Shown: positions 44,299-52,699 of the stretch, piece after piece
Position numbering within the stretch: the first letter of the stretch is position 1
How the letters are laid out: each line of letters starts with the position of its first letter
Virus record (IMG/VR): IMGVR_UViG_3300037470_000672
Coordinates: 96,001 to 160,000 of that record
From: a virus
DNA: 64,000 nt
Strand: one strand, 5' to 3'
The notes under the pieces: model-generated
What the model was told of the DNA's origin: nothing
The model's input: the letters and a program-made list of their open reading frames with translations, nothing else
The model's database searches: none
Program-made: the position numbers and the translations under genes

Positions 44299-45227
44299 CC
44301 GGCCGCCTCAACCTCAACCTCGTCGTCTTGATCGAGCTTGTTGAGGGCTTCGAGGTGCTGGAAGCCGTAGATGATCTTCTCTTCCCTCGGCGCGGAAGGG
44401 TCGATGACGACGAGGTTGAGCCCGAAGAACATGCCGATCTTGTGCAGCATGCCGATCTTCGTAGCCTTGTCTAGCTTCTCGAAGGCATTGGTGGCGAGGA
44501 ACTCGGTACAGACGAGGTCGAGTAGCTGACCATCGTTCGCCTTACCTTTCTTCCAGCCGGTGATCTCTCTTGCGCGTTCGATAGCCTGCTCGACGTTCTC
44601 GTGCTGGCCGTCGTAGAAGAAGTAGGTCTTCTGGACGCACACCTTCGGATCTGGCAGCACATCCTGCTTTGCCTCTTCTCGGGCGGCTTTCGCTTCTTTG
44701 GCAGACCCACCTTGCCCACGGATGCGGTTGTACTCGGCGGTCACCTTCTGGAAAGCCTCGGTGATCTCGACAATGAGGAAGTCATAGTTGACCTTCTCCG
44801 CCTTTTGGATCCAATCCTGCGCCGTCTCGGCCGTCATGATTCGGACCAACTCGCGGACCTTGGCGTATCCGAGCTGGATGAGCCTCTCCTCCCAGTCCTT
44901 GGGTAGGTTCATGCCGCCGTCTTCGACGTAGAGCCTGTACCAGATCCCTTTGAGGTACTCCGCCTTACGACCGCTGAGCCCCAGCTCCTTCTGAGCGTAC
45001 TCAGTGAAAGTGCTGTAACCCCAGGACATGTAAATACCCGCGCGAAGGGGGTTGCCGTCGATGGGCGTGTCGTAGACCTCCCACAGGTACTTGGCCAACC
45101 GCATGTAGCCGGTGTCCATGTCCCGAGCGAGTTTGCGAGCTTCCCTGCGGATGTAGGTAGCCCACTCCTTCGACCCTTTCGTGCTCTTGGAGCTTTTCTT
45201 CCCGCCGTCGACCACTTCCAGCGCCAC
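44295..45227 (-). CDS. Hypothetical protein, possibly DNA-binding
   Basis: WGYSTFTEYAQKELGLSGRKAEYL HTH-like segment; GGGAGG RBS; preceded by a motif-A copy. Confidence 0.6.
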   Translation of the reverse strand: MALEVVDGGKKSSKSTKGSKEWATYIRREARKLARDMDTGYMRLAKYLWEVYDTPIDGNPLRAGIYMSWGYSTFTEYAQKELGLSGRKAEYLKGIWYRLYVEDGGMNLPKDWEERLIQLGYAKVRELVRIMTAETAQDWIQKAEKVNYDFLIVEITEAFQKVTAEYNRIRGQGGSAKEAKAAREEAKQDVLPDPKVCVQKTYFFYDGQHENVEQAIERAREITGWKKGKANDGQLLDLVCTEFLATNAFEKLDKATKIGMLHKIGMFFGLNLVVIDPSAPREEKIIYGFQHLEALNKLDQDDEVEVEAAG

Positions 45228-45239
45228 GGTTACCTCCCA

Positions 45240-45263
45240 TCTCGGAATTTCAAAGATCCGAGA
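45240..45263 (-). repeat. Dispersed motif A copy 5
   Basis: TCTCGGAATTTCAAAGATCCGAGA. Confidence 0.85.
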
Positions 45264-45319
45264 GCCGTTTCCATGATGACGTACACCCCTCGCTTGAGGG
45301 AGTCACGACAGATTTTTCA

Positions 45320-45883
45320 TCAGCCCTTCCCCGTAACCATCTTGCGAGCCATGCGAATCACGTCACTGTCCAGACTGGCTACCACGCTACCTAGCGCATC
45401 GTACGGGTGCTCCCACTTACCCTTGGGTAAGCCCTCTAAGAGGGGGGTAAGTTGATACTCAAACATCTCGTCTAGTGCCGTCTGCACTTGGTCTTTGCTG
45501 GCGTTGTTTGCGCCACACAGCTTCTTCTTGATCGCTTGTGGGCTCACTTGATTAACCGGGAGATTATTCTCCGTTACCAAAGCACCGATGATGCCCCAAC
45601 TACGCCCAATGAGCTGACAGCTTCGATTGTTGCGTGGCCAAGAAGCCCCCTCCAACGTAACAACCTCCACGCCATCGAATTTCGGGAGGAGAAAGCTGGC
45701 GATTTCTCGTGTACGTCTGAAGTCATCGTCCCCTGAGAGAAACTTCAGTTTCTTGTCGCTCTTCTTAGTCTCGACACAACCCATTGCTACAGGCACAACA
45801 CGGTCTGGCCACAGATCGCAGCGACACCAGCCGAGCTTGGCTAGTCCGAGATCGAGGCCAAGCACCGTTACCGAACGACTCAC
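45320..45883 (-). CDS. ruvC: RuvC-like Holliday junction resolvase
   Basis: VLGLDLGLAKLGW, VVTLEG, VSPQAIKKKLCG...ASKDQVQ, HPYDALG. Confidence 0.9.
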   Translation of the reverse strand: MSRSVTVLGLDLGLAKLGWCRCDLWPDRVVPVAMGCVETKKSDKKLKFLSGDDDFRRTREIASFLLPKFDGVEVVTLEGASWPRNNRSCQLIGRSWGIIGALVTENNLPVNQVSPQAIKKKLCGANNASKDQVQTALDEMFEYQLTPLLEGLPKGKWEHPYDALGSVVASLDSDVIRMARKMVTGKG

Positions 45884-46347
45884 GGATTGTCCTCATCAAG
45901 AATATTGCCGGCATCTTCGGTGACGCGGGTAGTGATCTGTTCGACCAGCCGATCTTGACGAGAAAAAGCGATCGAGGTGGCTACCACCGAACCAACAACA
46001 CGTTGCGCGTCTGCTTCTTCCGTTAGCTGACCATCTCGCTTGCGGAAGATCTTCCCGACCTCGCTCTCTACATCCTTGATGAAGTTCTTCACCTTGGTGC
46101 GATGACCGCGAAAAAGCACCGAGCAATGAAGCGTGCACACCGAGCACATCGGTACCAACTCGGCCTTCCCGGCTTCCACTTGCTCGACAACCTGCGCAGG
46201 CGTAGGAGGAACCTCCCAAAAGGCGGGTCGAGGGCAGACCGAACAAGTAGGGCGCGGTTCGCGCTTCTCGACGAAGAAACTCTCCGGGGGGAGAGGTCGA
46301 CAAGCTCCCGGGTTGATCATCAAAGGCTTCTTGTGACGCCGCGTCAA
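45880..46347 (-). CDS. Zn-finger hypothetical protein
   Basis: CSVC...CSVCTLHC; TTG start with GGGGAGG RBS. Confidence 0.55.
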   Translation of the reverse strand: MTRRHKKPLMINPGACRPLPPESFFVEKREPRPTCSVCPRPAFWEVPPTPAQVVEQVEAGKAELVPMCSVCTLHCSVLFRGHRTKVKNFIKDVESEVGKIFRKRDGQLTEEADAQRVVGSVVATSIAFSRQDRLVEQITTRVTEDAGNILDEDNP

Positions 46348-46359
46348 CCGTCCTCCCCT

Positions 46360-46392
46360 TCTCGGAATTTCAAGGATCCGAGCATCCGTTCA
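46360..46392 (-). repeat. Dispersed motif A copy 6
   Basis: TCTCGGAATTTCAAGGATCCGAGCATCCGTTCA. Confidence 0.9.
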
Positions 46393-47364
46393 ACTTTCCC
46401 CAAAGCATTGGTCGCTCACAGGGCAACCAAGAGCGCGTTTGCAGTCGGCAGTCTCGCAAATGCGCTCCGGGACGACTCCCAACCCCACGAGCGCAGGAAG
46501 CGCACCCGCGCTCTCCGTCTCAGACGCTTCTTCCATAGCTTGGTGCGCTTCTGCAACCGCTTGCAACCCACTATTGAGCCGTCTAGCCGCCTCCCGAATG
46601 TTCTCGATCGTCTCCTCGTCGCGATCGACAAAGTGCTCCTGAAACGCGCTTATACCGTTTGTCCCCTTGTGCCAGTAGAGGATGACAGCCCACTGAAGAC
46701 CCGTGAACATCATGTAGACGTGCGCTTGGATTACATGGTCAAACATCGGCGACTTTTTGACCTTCCAGATGTTGCCGATGCTCTTGGCTTCGAGGATCCC
46801 CAAACCGTCACGCCCTGGGATATCGAGCACCCCGTCGCAGTGCCCCGACAGCTTCAGCTCCGGGTCTTGGAATAATAGCTCTTCATGGGATAGGACGTTG
46901 CCCGGAGCGTCACAGAAGAGACACCTCTCTGGACGCAATGTGACGATCTCTCGCCACGGCGCGTAGGGCGGCGGTTCCCAATCGTTTGGTGGCTCTCCGT
47001 AGACCCAACTCTTCTCACGAGGCAGTGTCTGATCTTTTCGATGCAGAGAGCCGCACGCACGGCATCGCCACTGACCGAGGAGGAGACCTGGTACCTGCGG
47101 AAGGATCAGGTCTTGGAGCGCGTAGTGCAACGCCGTTCCGTGATCAAAGATCAGCCTGAGGTCGGTGTCGATCTCGCTGGTGCGTGTCACCCGAAACAGC
47201 GCCGCCAGTACCTCCTCACGCAAGCACAAGGAGTGGAACCCCGAAGCCCGGTACACTCGCCCCAGCGACGGCGGGGGTTCCTCACTACGCTCAGTGAGAT
47301 GCCGGTTGATGAGGCGCACGAGCGAGTCGCTGCCTACCGACTGAAGAAAATCCGCCACAACCAC
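46390..47364 (-). CDS. Cas4-like/RecB-family PD-(D/E)xK exonuclease
   Basis: SLCLRE, HGTALH, SGHCDG...ILEAKS, QAHVYM and a C-terminal Cys cluster (CETADC...CPVSDQC). Confidence 0.8.
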   Translation of the reverse strand: MVVADFLQSVGSDSLVRLINRHLTERSEEPPPSLGRVYRASGFHSLCLREEVLAALFRVTRTSEIDTDLRLIFDHGTALHYALQDLILPQVPGLLLGQWRCRACGSLHRKDQTLPREKSWVYGEPPNDWEPPPYAPWREIVTLRPERCLFCDAPGNVLSHEELLFQDPELKLSGHCDGVLDIPGRDGLGILEAKSIGNIWKVKKSPMFDHVIQAHVYMMFTGLQWAVILYWHKGTNGISAFQEHFVDRDEETIENIREAARRLNSGLQAVAEAHQAMEEASETESAGALPALVGLGVVPERICETADCKRALGCPVSDQCFGES

Positions 47365-47666
47365 GACCTCCCCTGGAGCTTGTCGATCTCATCCACAAGA
47401 CCCCTCAGCGCTGTCCGGGCCTGGGTAGCGAGGGACCTGGCACCCTCCGACGGAAGATACGTCGTACAGTTACCACATAGCAGTAAGCCGGAGTCATTGT
47501 CAAGACGTGCCGGATTTTCACAGCACATACACACGTATTCGACCGTGTTTCCACGGATCTCAACGTAGAAGTTGAGACCCCTGGCCAGCAAACGTTGCTG
47601 GCGCAGATTTCGCGCATAGGAGGCGTTGTGGATCGCACGAGCCTCCACGTTCGTGTGGTCAGTCAC
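47334..47666 (-). CDS. Zn-ribbon hypothetical protein
   Basis: CMCC...CGNC. Confidence 0.5.
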   Translation of the reverse strand: MTDHTNVEARAIHNASYARNLRQQRLLARGLNFYVEIRGNTVEYVCMCCENPARLDNDSGLLLCGNCTTYLPSEGARSLATQARTALRGLVDEIDKLQGRSWLWRIFFSR

Positions 47667-48064
47667 TCCTCCTCCGTGGTCAAACCCAAAACCCGTTGCG
47701 CGACAGACAAGGGTATTAGAATCCAGTCTTCCGACGGATGTCCGTCTTCCTCAAAGGTGATGACTACAGCGGGGTCTTTGTCCGCTCGCTTTGCCCCTTG
47801 AGAGACTTTGTCAAGCCACGCGCGTTTCAAGCTGAGCGACTTGCACTCGGTGCGCTTGTGCTCGACATGGAGCAACGGCGTTCTGATGTCCGCGCGATCT
47901 GTGACGCTCGATTGTGCGGACCACGCCGCGCCCCCAGATCGTCGGATACGTTTCCCACCGAGAGAAGCGGCGATACGTCTTTCAGCTTTGGTCGACCGGC
48001 GGGTTCTTTCCCCCGAAGGAGCACCGATCAACCAGCCGGGTTTTGGTGGTTCGTTTTCAGGCAT
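47663..48064 (-). CDS. PD-(D/E)xK nuclease, Hjc-like resolvase candidate
   Basis: AERRIAASLGGKRIRRSG...ADI...VEHK...W...PAVVITF. Confidence 0.65.
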   Translation of the reverse strand: MPENEPPKPGWLIGAPSGERTRRSTKAERRIAASLGGKRIRRSGGAAWSAQSSVTDRADIRTPLLHVEHKRTECKSLSLKRAWLDKVSQGAKRADKDPAVVITFEEDGHPSEDWILIPLSVAQRVLGLTTEEE

Positions 48065-49760
48065 CCGGGGGCGCGTTCATGTCCAGGTCGTCTTCGTTCT
48101 GATCGGAACTCGTTGTTGTGTTTGTGGTGTCTGTCGCTTCCCCGAGCCGATCGAACAACTCGAAAAGCGTGTCGTAGACCTCCCAGTAGTAGCGCCGATC
48201 AGTCATCATCTTCAGCAAGATGGGCTTCTTACCGGCGTACTTCTCACCAAAGATCGTGTAGCTAGCGCCAGCTCCGGTTAGCAGGCCGACCTTTTCGCAC
48301 TGGTCGAGGAGCCAAGACTCGTCGGCGATCTCACCCATTTTCTTGTGCTCACCGTTAGCTGTGAGCATCCGAAACGTACCTTCGTACTTGGCAACAGACG
48401 TCTTGTTCTTCTCTATGCGATAGTGGAAGTCGGCATAGACGGGCGCTTCATCATCCCCTTTTTCTTGCTTGTACTCTGCGTAACCAAACCGTACTTCTGT
48501 TCCAGCAGCAAACTGCGGAGCCTGACCTCCAGGCTGAACTTCGGGGGAATTGTGAACCACAATCCCACGAGAGTCCCCGCCCACAAGGTAGAAGCTGTCT
48601 CCTTCGATCTTTAGATCAAACTTCCGGCGATCGCGGTGCTTCTTCTTCGATAGGTGAATGGAGCGGACTTTTACCTCTATAGGTATCCTACGCACAGTAG
48701 GGGAAAGAGATGCCTCGTACCAAGACAAAAGGGTGTCTCCAGGACGAACTTCAGAAGCTCTAACTTCTTGACCACCCCCTCCAATGAGGAGGTGGTTCTC
48801 TGTGCACGTGAATCCGTGTGCTCCTCTTCTTCCCCCAGATCCGTCGACACGGAAAGTCAACCAACGCTCGTCTTCGCTCAACTTTCCGTTCTCGTACCAA
48901 TCCACGATGGGGCGTTCGACGATCCTTTCCCCGTCCCACGATAGTACAGGACCTGTAAGACGACGCCGAACAACCTCAACGATGGGAACAACAGACCCGT
49001 CAGCAAACATGACAGGGGTTTGCGAATGAAAACAGCCAAACATCACCCCTAGCTTCATGCGGATCTGGTTCGTCAAGAATACGGTAGGGGGTTGCCCATC
49101 TTCCCGCCTTCTGACAGTAATGGCGCTGTTGATCTTTCGAATACCTCTACCGAGGGCTCGGGATTGGAGCGCTTGGTTCTCTTTGGCGACGGAGTCTTGG
49201 ATCTCTTTGACCGGTGTGAGGAAGGCGATGGAGTCGATGCCGATGACATCGACCTCTCCCGAGAGGACGAGTCCTTCAGCGATGTCGAGCGCCTCTTCAG
49301 CGTAGACGGGCTCCGCAAGGGCGATCTCAGAGATGTCGCAAAAACGCCCGGCCCACTCAGGATCCCACTCCTCCAAGCGGATGTGAGCGCACACATGCGG
49401 ATCGAAGCTCTTCTTTCCGCAGGCGCAGTTTCCAGGGTCGAGCACAGTGAGTTGCCCACATGTACGACAGGTGAGCTGTGCCATCCCGTACGTGCGGAAG
49501 AGAGTGGTCGTCTTGCCGCAAGATTTCTTTCCGAAGAGGGTGTGGAAGTAACCCTTGGCCCACCCGCCTCCCAGATGTTTGTCCATCGGCGCGATGCCGG
49601 AACAGATTCTTGTGATCTTTGGCGCTTCGTTACCTGCACGCAAAACGTTGCCGTACAGCTTTGTGATAGCAGCGACCTCGCTGGACTCCATAAGCCGTTT
49701 GACACCACGCCGCTTGGTCTTCGGCTCGGGTCGGTCGTCGGACTTCTTCTTGCGGGCCAA
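48057..49760 (-). CDS. recA: RecA/UvsX-like recombinase precursor with mini-intein
   Basis: Walker A FGKKSCGKTT, IGIDSIAFL, FLTNQIRMKLGVMFG/SPEVQPGG. Confidence 0.92.
   Translation of the reverse strand: MARKKKSDDRPEPKTKRRGVKRLMESSEVAAITKLYGNVLRAGNEAPKITRICSGIAPMDKHLGGGWAKGYFHTLFGKKSCGKTTTLFRTYGMAQLTCRTCGQLTVLDPGNCACGKKSFDPHVCAHIRLEEWDPEWAGRFCDISEIALAEPVYAEEALDIAEGLVLSGEVDVIGIDSIAFLTPVKEIQDSVAKENQALQSRALGRGIRKINSAITVRRREDGQPPTVFLTNQIRMKLGVMFGCFHSQTPVMFADGSVVPIVEVVRRRLTGPVLSWDGERIVERPIVDWYENGKLSEDERWLTFRVDGSGGRRGAHGFTCTENHLLIGGGGQEVRASEVRPGDTLLSWYEASLSPTVRRIPIEVKVRSIHLSKKKHRDRRKFDLKIEGDSFYLVGGDSRGIVVHNSPEVQPGGQAPQFAAGTEVRFGYAEYKQEKGDDEAPVYADFHYRIEKNKTSVAKYEGTFRMLTANGEHKKMGEIADESWLLDQCEKVGLLTGAGASYTIFGEKYAGKKPILLKMMTDRRYYWEVYDTLFELFDRLGEATDTTNTTTSSDQNEDDLDMNAPPDA
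48549..49034 (-). mobile_element. RecA mini-intein (162 aa, no endonuclease)
   Basis: Starts CFHSQTPVMFADG, block B CTENHLL, ends GIVVHN before Ser; inserted in GVMFG/SPE. Confidence 0.9.
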
Positions 49761-49787
49761 AAACCCTCCCAGTGCGCTTCATGTGCG

Positions 49788-49820
49788 TCTCGGAGTTTCA
49801 AGGATCCGAGCATCCGTTCA
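49788..49820 (-). repeat. Dispersed motif A copy 7
   Basis: TCTCGGAGTTTCAAGGATCCGAGCATCCGTTCA; upstream of recA. Confidence 0.9.
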
Positions 49821-49826
49821 CACCAC

Positions 49827-50161
49827 TCAGAACGGCTCGTCGAGCACGTTCTTCATCTTCCCACCCCGCACTCGATTCCGAGCCTCTTGGATGCGCTGGC
49901 CAACCCAATCCTCCGCGAAGGCGTAGGCGTCGTTCAGCTCCTCCTTGTAGCAGGGTACGGTGACACCGACATCGACCCGAACAGTCTCGTAGTTACCTAC
50001 GTTGAGCGTCAGACCGACCGCAAACTTGACCTCGGCGGGTTGGACCCGTCGGGAAAACGAGCCACGTGAAGGGTCTCCTGCTCGCTCTCCTGCGACCCAA
50101 CATCTTCCCCCGACTTCTTGAACTGGGCGGTCATGCTGACCGTGGCCTCTTTCTCCTGCAT
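49827..50161 (-). pseudogene. Hypothetical protein split by a single -1 frameshift (sequence error or real)
   Basis: MQEKEATV...LHVARFPDG continues in the -1 frame as VQPAEVKFAVGLTLNVGNYETVRVDVG...EPF*; the span is 335 nt, one short of a full frame. Confidence 0.6.
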
Positions 50162-50192
50162 CTTGACTTCCCCTGCATCTGTCTTTGTGAAC

Positions 50193-50960
50193 TTATTGGG
50201 GATCAACGACCTCGACGTCGTAAACACCCAAACCTTGCCAACCCGTCTCTACCTCCTCGCGGAACACGGTCTGAGCGTCTTGTCCGCGCACTTCCCCACC
50301 TTGGCGGATGAACGCTTCGCGAACGACTTCTATCATGGGGCCACTGAACAACCGCCGTCCCAGGGTGCCGTAGCGCAGCGGGGTCGACGGCAACGCACCT
50401 TTGGACTCCATGACGTCGAGCGTCACGATCGACCGATCACACGCTTGGGCCAGCACACTGATCGGATACAACTCCATCTCGGTAAACTGACCGTTTTCAC
50501 GTACCTGATAGGCGGTGCGCATGACGGGTCTGCTGCGAGCCTCCCCGAGCCGACCAGCCTTTTCCAGGTCTTTGCAGATGTCGGCGATCTGTTTTTTCGT
50601 GTACAGCCGTTCACCTCGGGCGGTCCGATGGGGGGTCTCTGGGATCCACCCCTTCTTCTCCCACCCCCTCACCGTTTGAATGGACCTATCCAGCGCTTGG
50701 GCCAAGGCCCCTACGGAACTAGCCTCCTCCCCTGTGTCGAGCTTGACGGTCTTGTATGCCGGCGTGGGCTTGGCCGACTTCACGACGCGCTTTGTCCGCC
50801 GCTCTTCGAGCGTTTCTTCGCGTTTTCGGGTGCGGCTCTGGCGGTTGTGCTCCAGCACCCGCTCTCGATAATTCGGATCGAGGTGGTAGCGAAACCTACG
50901 CCCGCTGTTGAGCGCGTCTCCGTGCTGGCGGTACCAGTCTTTGAACGACCAGGATCCCAT
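50193..50960 (-). CDS. DNA-binding protein with two MerR-like HTH repeats
   Basis: SVGALAQALDRSIQTVRGWEKKGWIP...RLYT and ISVLAQACDRSIVTLDVMESKGALP...RRLF; start re-assigned to ATG 50960. Confidence 0.75.
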   Translation of the reverse strand: MGSWSFKDWYRQHGDALNSGRRFRYHLDPNYRERVLEHNRQSRTRKREETLEERRTKRVVKSAKPTPAYKTVKLDTGEEASSVGALAQALDRSIQTVRGWEKKGWIPETPHRTARGERLYTKKQIADICKDLEKAGRLGEARSRPVMRTAYQVRENGQFTEMELYPISVLAQACDRSIVTLDVMESKGALPSTPLRYGTLGRRLFSGPMIEVVREAFIRQGGEVRGQDAQTVFREEVETGWQGLGVYDVEVVDPQ

Positions 50961-50967
50961 ACGCCAT

Positions 50968-50996
50968 AACCTAACGCTAAGGGGAAGGATAGTCAA
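50968..50996 (-). promoter_or_regulatory. Sigma70-type promoter for the MerR-like gene (probably leaderless)
   Basis: TTGACT-N17-TAGGTT, 7 nt before ATG 50960. Confidence 0.6.
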
Positions 50997-51018
50997 GCCT
51001 GTAATAGTCAAGCCTGTA
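50989..51018. repeat. Exact 15-bp tandem duplication ATAGTCAAGCCTGTA x2
   Basis: 50989-51003 and 51004-51018; spans the helicase stop codon. Confidence 0.9.
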
Positions 51019-52357
51019 AGCGCGTGTAGAGCTTCTCTCTGTTGAGCCCGGCGCGCTTGAACATCGGCACGTTATCGTCCCGGATGTCGATGACAATAGG
51101 GTCCTTCTTGCTCGGGTACGGACGGAGGATGCGCCCGACCGCTTGCTCTGCATCCCAGATAGGGGTGGCCAGGCAAAGCGTATCCAGGGGTGGGTAGTCG
51201 AAACCCTCTGACACGAGCTGCGCTGTGGCGAAGAGGACCCGCGCTTGGTCGAATGCCGCGCCCCGCTCAGCATCCTTCATTTCCTTGGCGACCTTGCCGG
51301 TGTAGACCAGGGAGGGTGGAACTGTCCCGAGACGCTTCTTTGCGATGCTTTGGAACACACTCTGTAGCTCAGAACAGTGCGGTACCCTCTCTGACAAGAC
51401 CAACACCTTTCGGCCGGCGTCTACTGCGCCTGCGACCTGTTCGGCGACGCGACTGTTCCGGGACTTGGACGCACAGAGGAAGCGCAGGAGCAGGTTCTTA
51501 CCGGCCACGCTCGTGCCCTCTGCGTCGCGCACCCGAAAGTCGGTCCACACCCGCTTGACCTGGAACCCCAAGCGCAGGGCCGTTCCCCGATAAACGATCG
51601 GCCCGATGTGATGGAGAAAAACATCATCGCCACCGTCGCGTCTTCGAGGAGTAGCAGACAATCCAAGCCTATGCCTTGCGGGGAAACAAGGGGCTACTGG
51701 GCTCCATGTTTCCGCAGAGATTCTGTGGACTTCATCAGCTATTACTAAGCCAGGCCAAACGGATAGTTTTTCGTCCACACCTCTCTCTGCAAGAGTTTGC
51801 AACATGGCTATGCAAACATGGCTACCATCCAATTCCCGCTTGTCGGCTTGGAGGATACCCACCTTAGCGTCTGGGAGGAACTGCGCTAGGCGCTCCTTCC
51901 ACTGGCTGAGGAGAAATTCCTTGTGCACCAGGACGAGGGTAGGTCGCTGGAGCTGCGCAATGAGGTAGGCCGCCAGGACGGTCTTTCCGAAAGCGGTAGG
52001 GGCTTGGACGATACCGCCTAGCTTACCGGCCTGGAAGTGGTCGAGGACCGCCTTGGCGGCGTCTGGCTGATCGTTGATCAATTCACCATGGAACCGCACG
52101 TCTCCTGGCCATTGTGCGCCGTCTGTAAGCCCGTAGGTAACGTCGTGCCCGCGACTCTGGTTACCGAGGAAGTATTCTCTCGGCACTCCGAAGTGCGTAC
52201 CGGTCTCCCGGTAGAGTTGGATAGGCGCAGGGGTGGGACCTGGGTGATCGCCGAGCTTCCGGCGCTTGATGGTCAGACGATTGCGCAGGAGGGGGACATG
52301 ATCAGCCTGTAGATCGTTCAGATCCAACCAAGCCCACCCGTCGATAAAAACCCGCAT
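51008..52357 (-). CDS. Superfamily 2 DNA helicase (UvsW/XPB-like)
   Basis: APTAFGKT, IADEVH, GLSATP, EGFD.P.LD, QAVGRILR; start re-assigned to ATG 52357. Confidence 0.9.
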   Translation of the reverse strand: MRVFIDGWAWLDLNDLQADHVPLLRNRLTIKRRKLGDHPGPTPAPIQLYRETGTHFGVPREYFLGNQSRGHDVTYGLTDGAQWPGDVRFHGELINDQPDAAKAVLDHFQAGKLGGIVQAPTAFGKTVLAAYLIAQLQRPTLVLVHKEFLLSQWKERLAQFLPDAKVGILQADKRELDGSHVCIAMLQTLAERGVDEKLSVWPGLVIADEVHRISAETWSPVAPCFPARHRLGLSATPRRRDGGDDVFLHHIGPIVYRGTALRLGFQVKRVWTDFRVRDAEGTSVAGKNLLLRFLCASKSRNSRVAEQVAGAVDAGRKVLVLSERVPHCSELQSVFQSIAKKRLGTVPPSLVYTGKVAKEMKDAERGAAFDQARVLFATAQLVSEGFDYPPLDTLCLATPIWDAEQAVGRILRPYPSKKDPIVIDIRDDNVPMFKRAGLNREKLYTRLQA

Positions 52358-52379
52358 CAGTGCCTTGCAACCATGCGCA

Positions 52380-52628
52380 TCAGTAGCGGTTGAAAAAGGC
52401 GGCGCTGCCTTTTGTCTCGGCCGAGCGTTGGAAGCTGGTCTCTTTGACCACCGCACCCCACCAGATGTCCGGCAGGGCGATCGGCTCACGGGACTTCCAG
52501 GAGTAGTCGATCTGACGTCGATGACCGCCGGGATCGTCTACGACGACCTCTACCTTCTTGGCTTCGGGGTTCAAATGGGCTCTAACGAGAGTGGGCTCGT
52601 GGGCCGGTTTGGTGAGAGGTTCTGTCAT
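52380..52628 (-). CDS. Hypothetical protein
   Basis: 82-aa ORF between the SSB and helicase genes. Confidence 0.5.
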   Translation of the reverse strand: MTEPLTKPAHEPTLVRAHLNPEAKKVEVVVDDPGGHRRQIDYSWKSREPIALPDIWWGAVVKETSFQRSAETKGSAAFFNRY

Positions 52629-52637
52629 CAGGTACCT

Positions 52638-52659
52638 AATCCGCCCGTACGGGCGGATT
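52638..52659. repeat. Palindrome B copy 3
   Basis: AATCCGCCCGTACGGGCGGATT. Confidence 0.9.
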
Positions 52660-52699
52660 GGCTAGCGAGCCTAGGCGCCCTCATAGACGCCTAGGCTCG

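Noticed and set aside
45240-46392. TTGAAA within motif A as a sigma70 or sigma32 -35 box
   Set aside because: No TANNNT or CCCCAT at the required distance in the copies examined.
49092-50069. 325-aa plus-strand ORF
   Set aside because: Antisense to recA and the split gene; no motifs or RBS.
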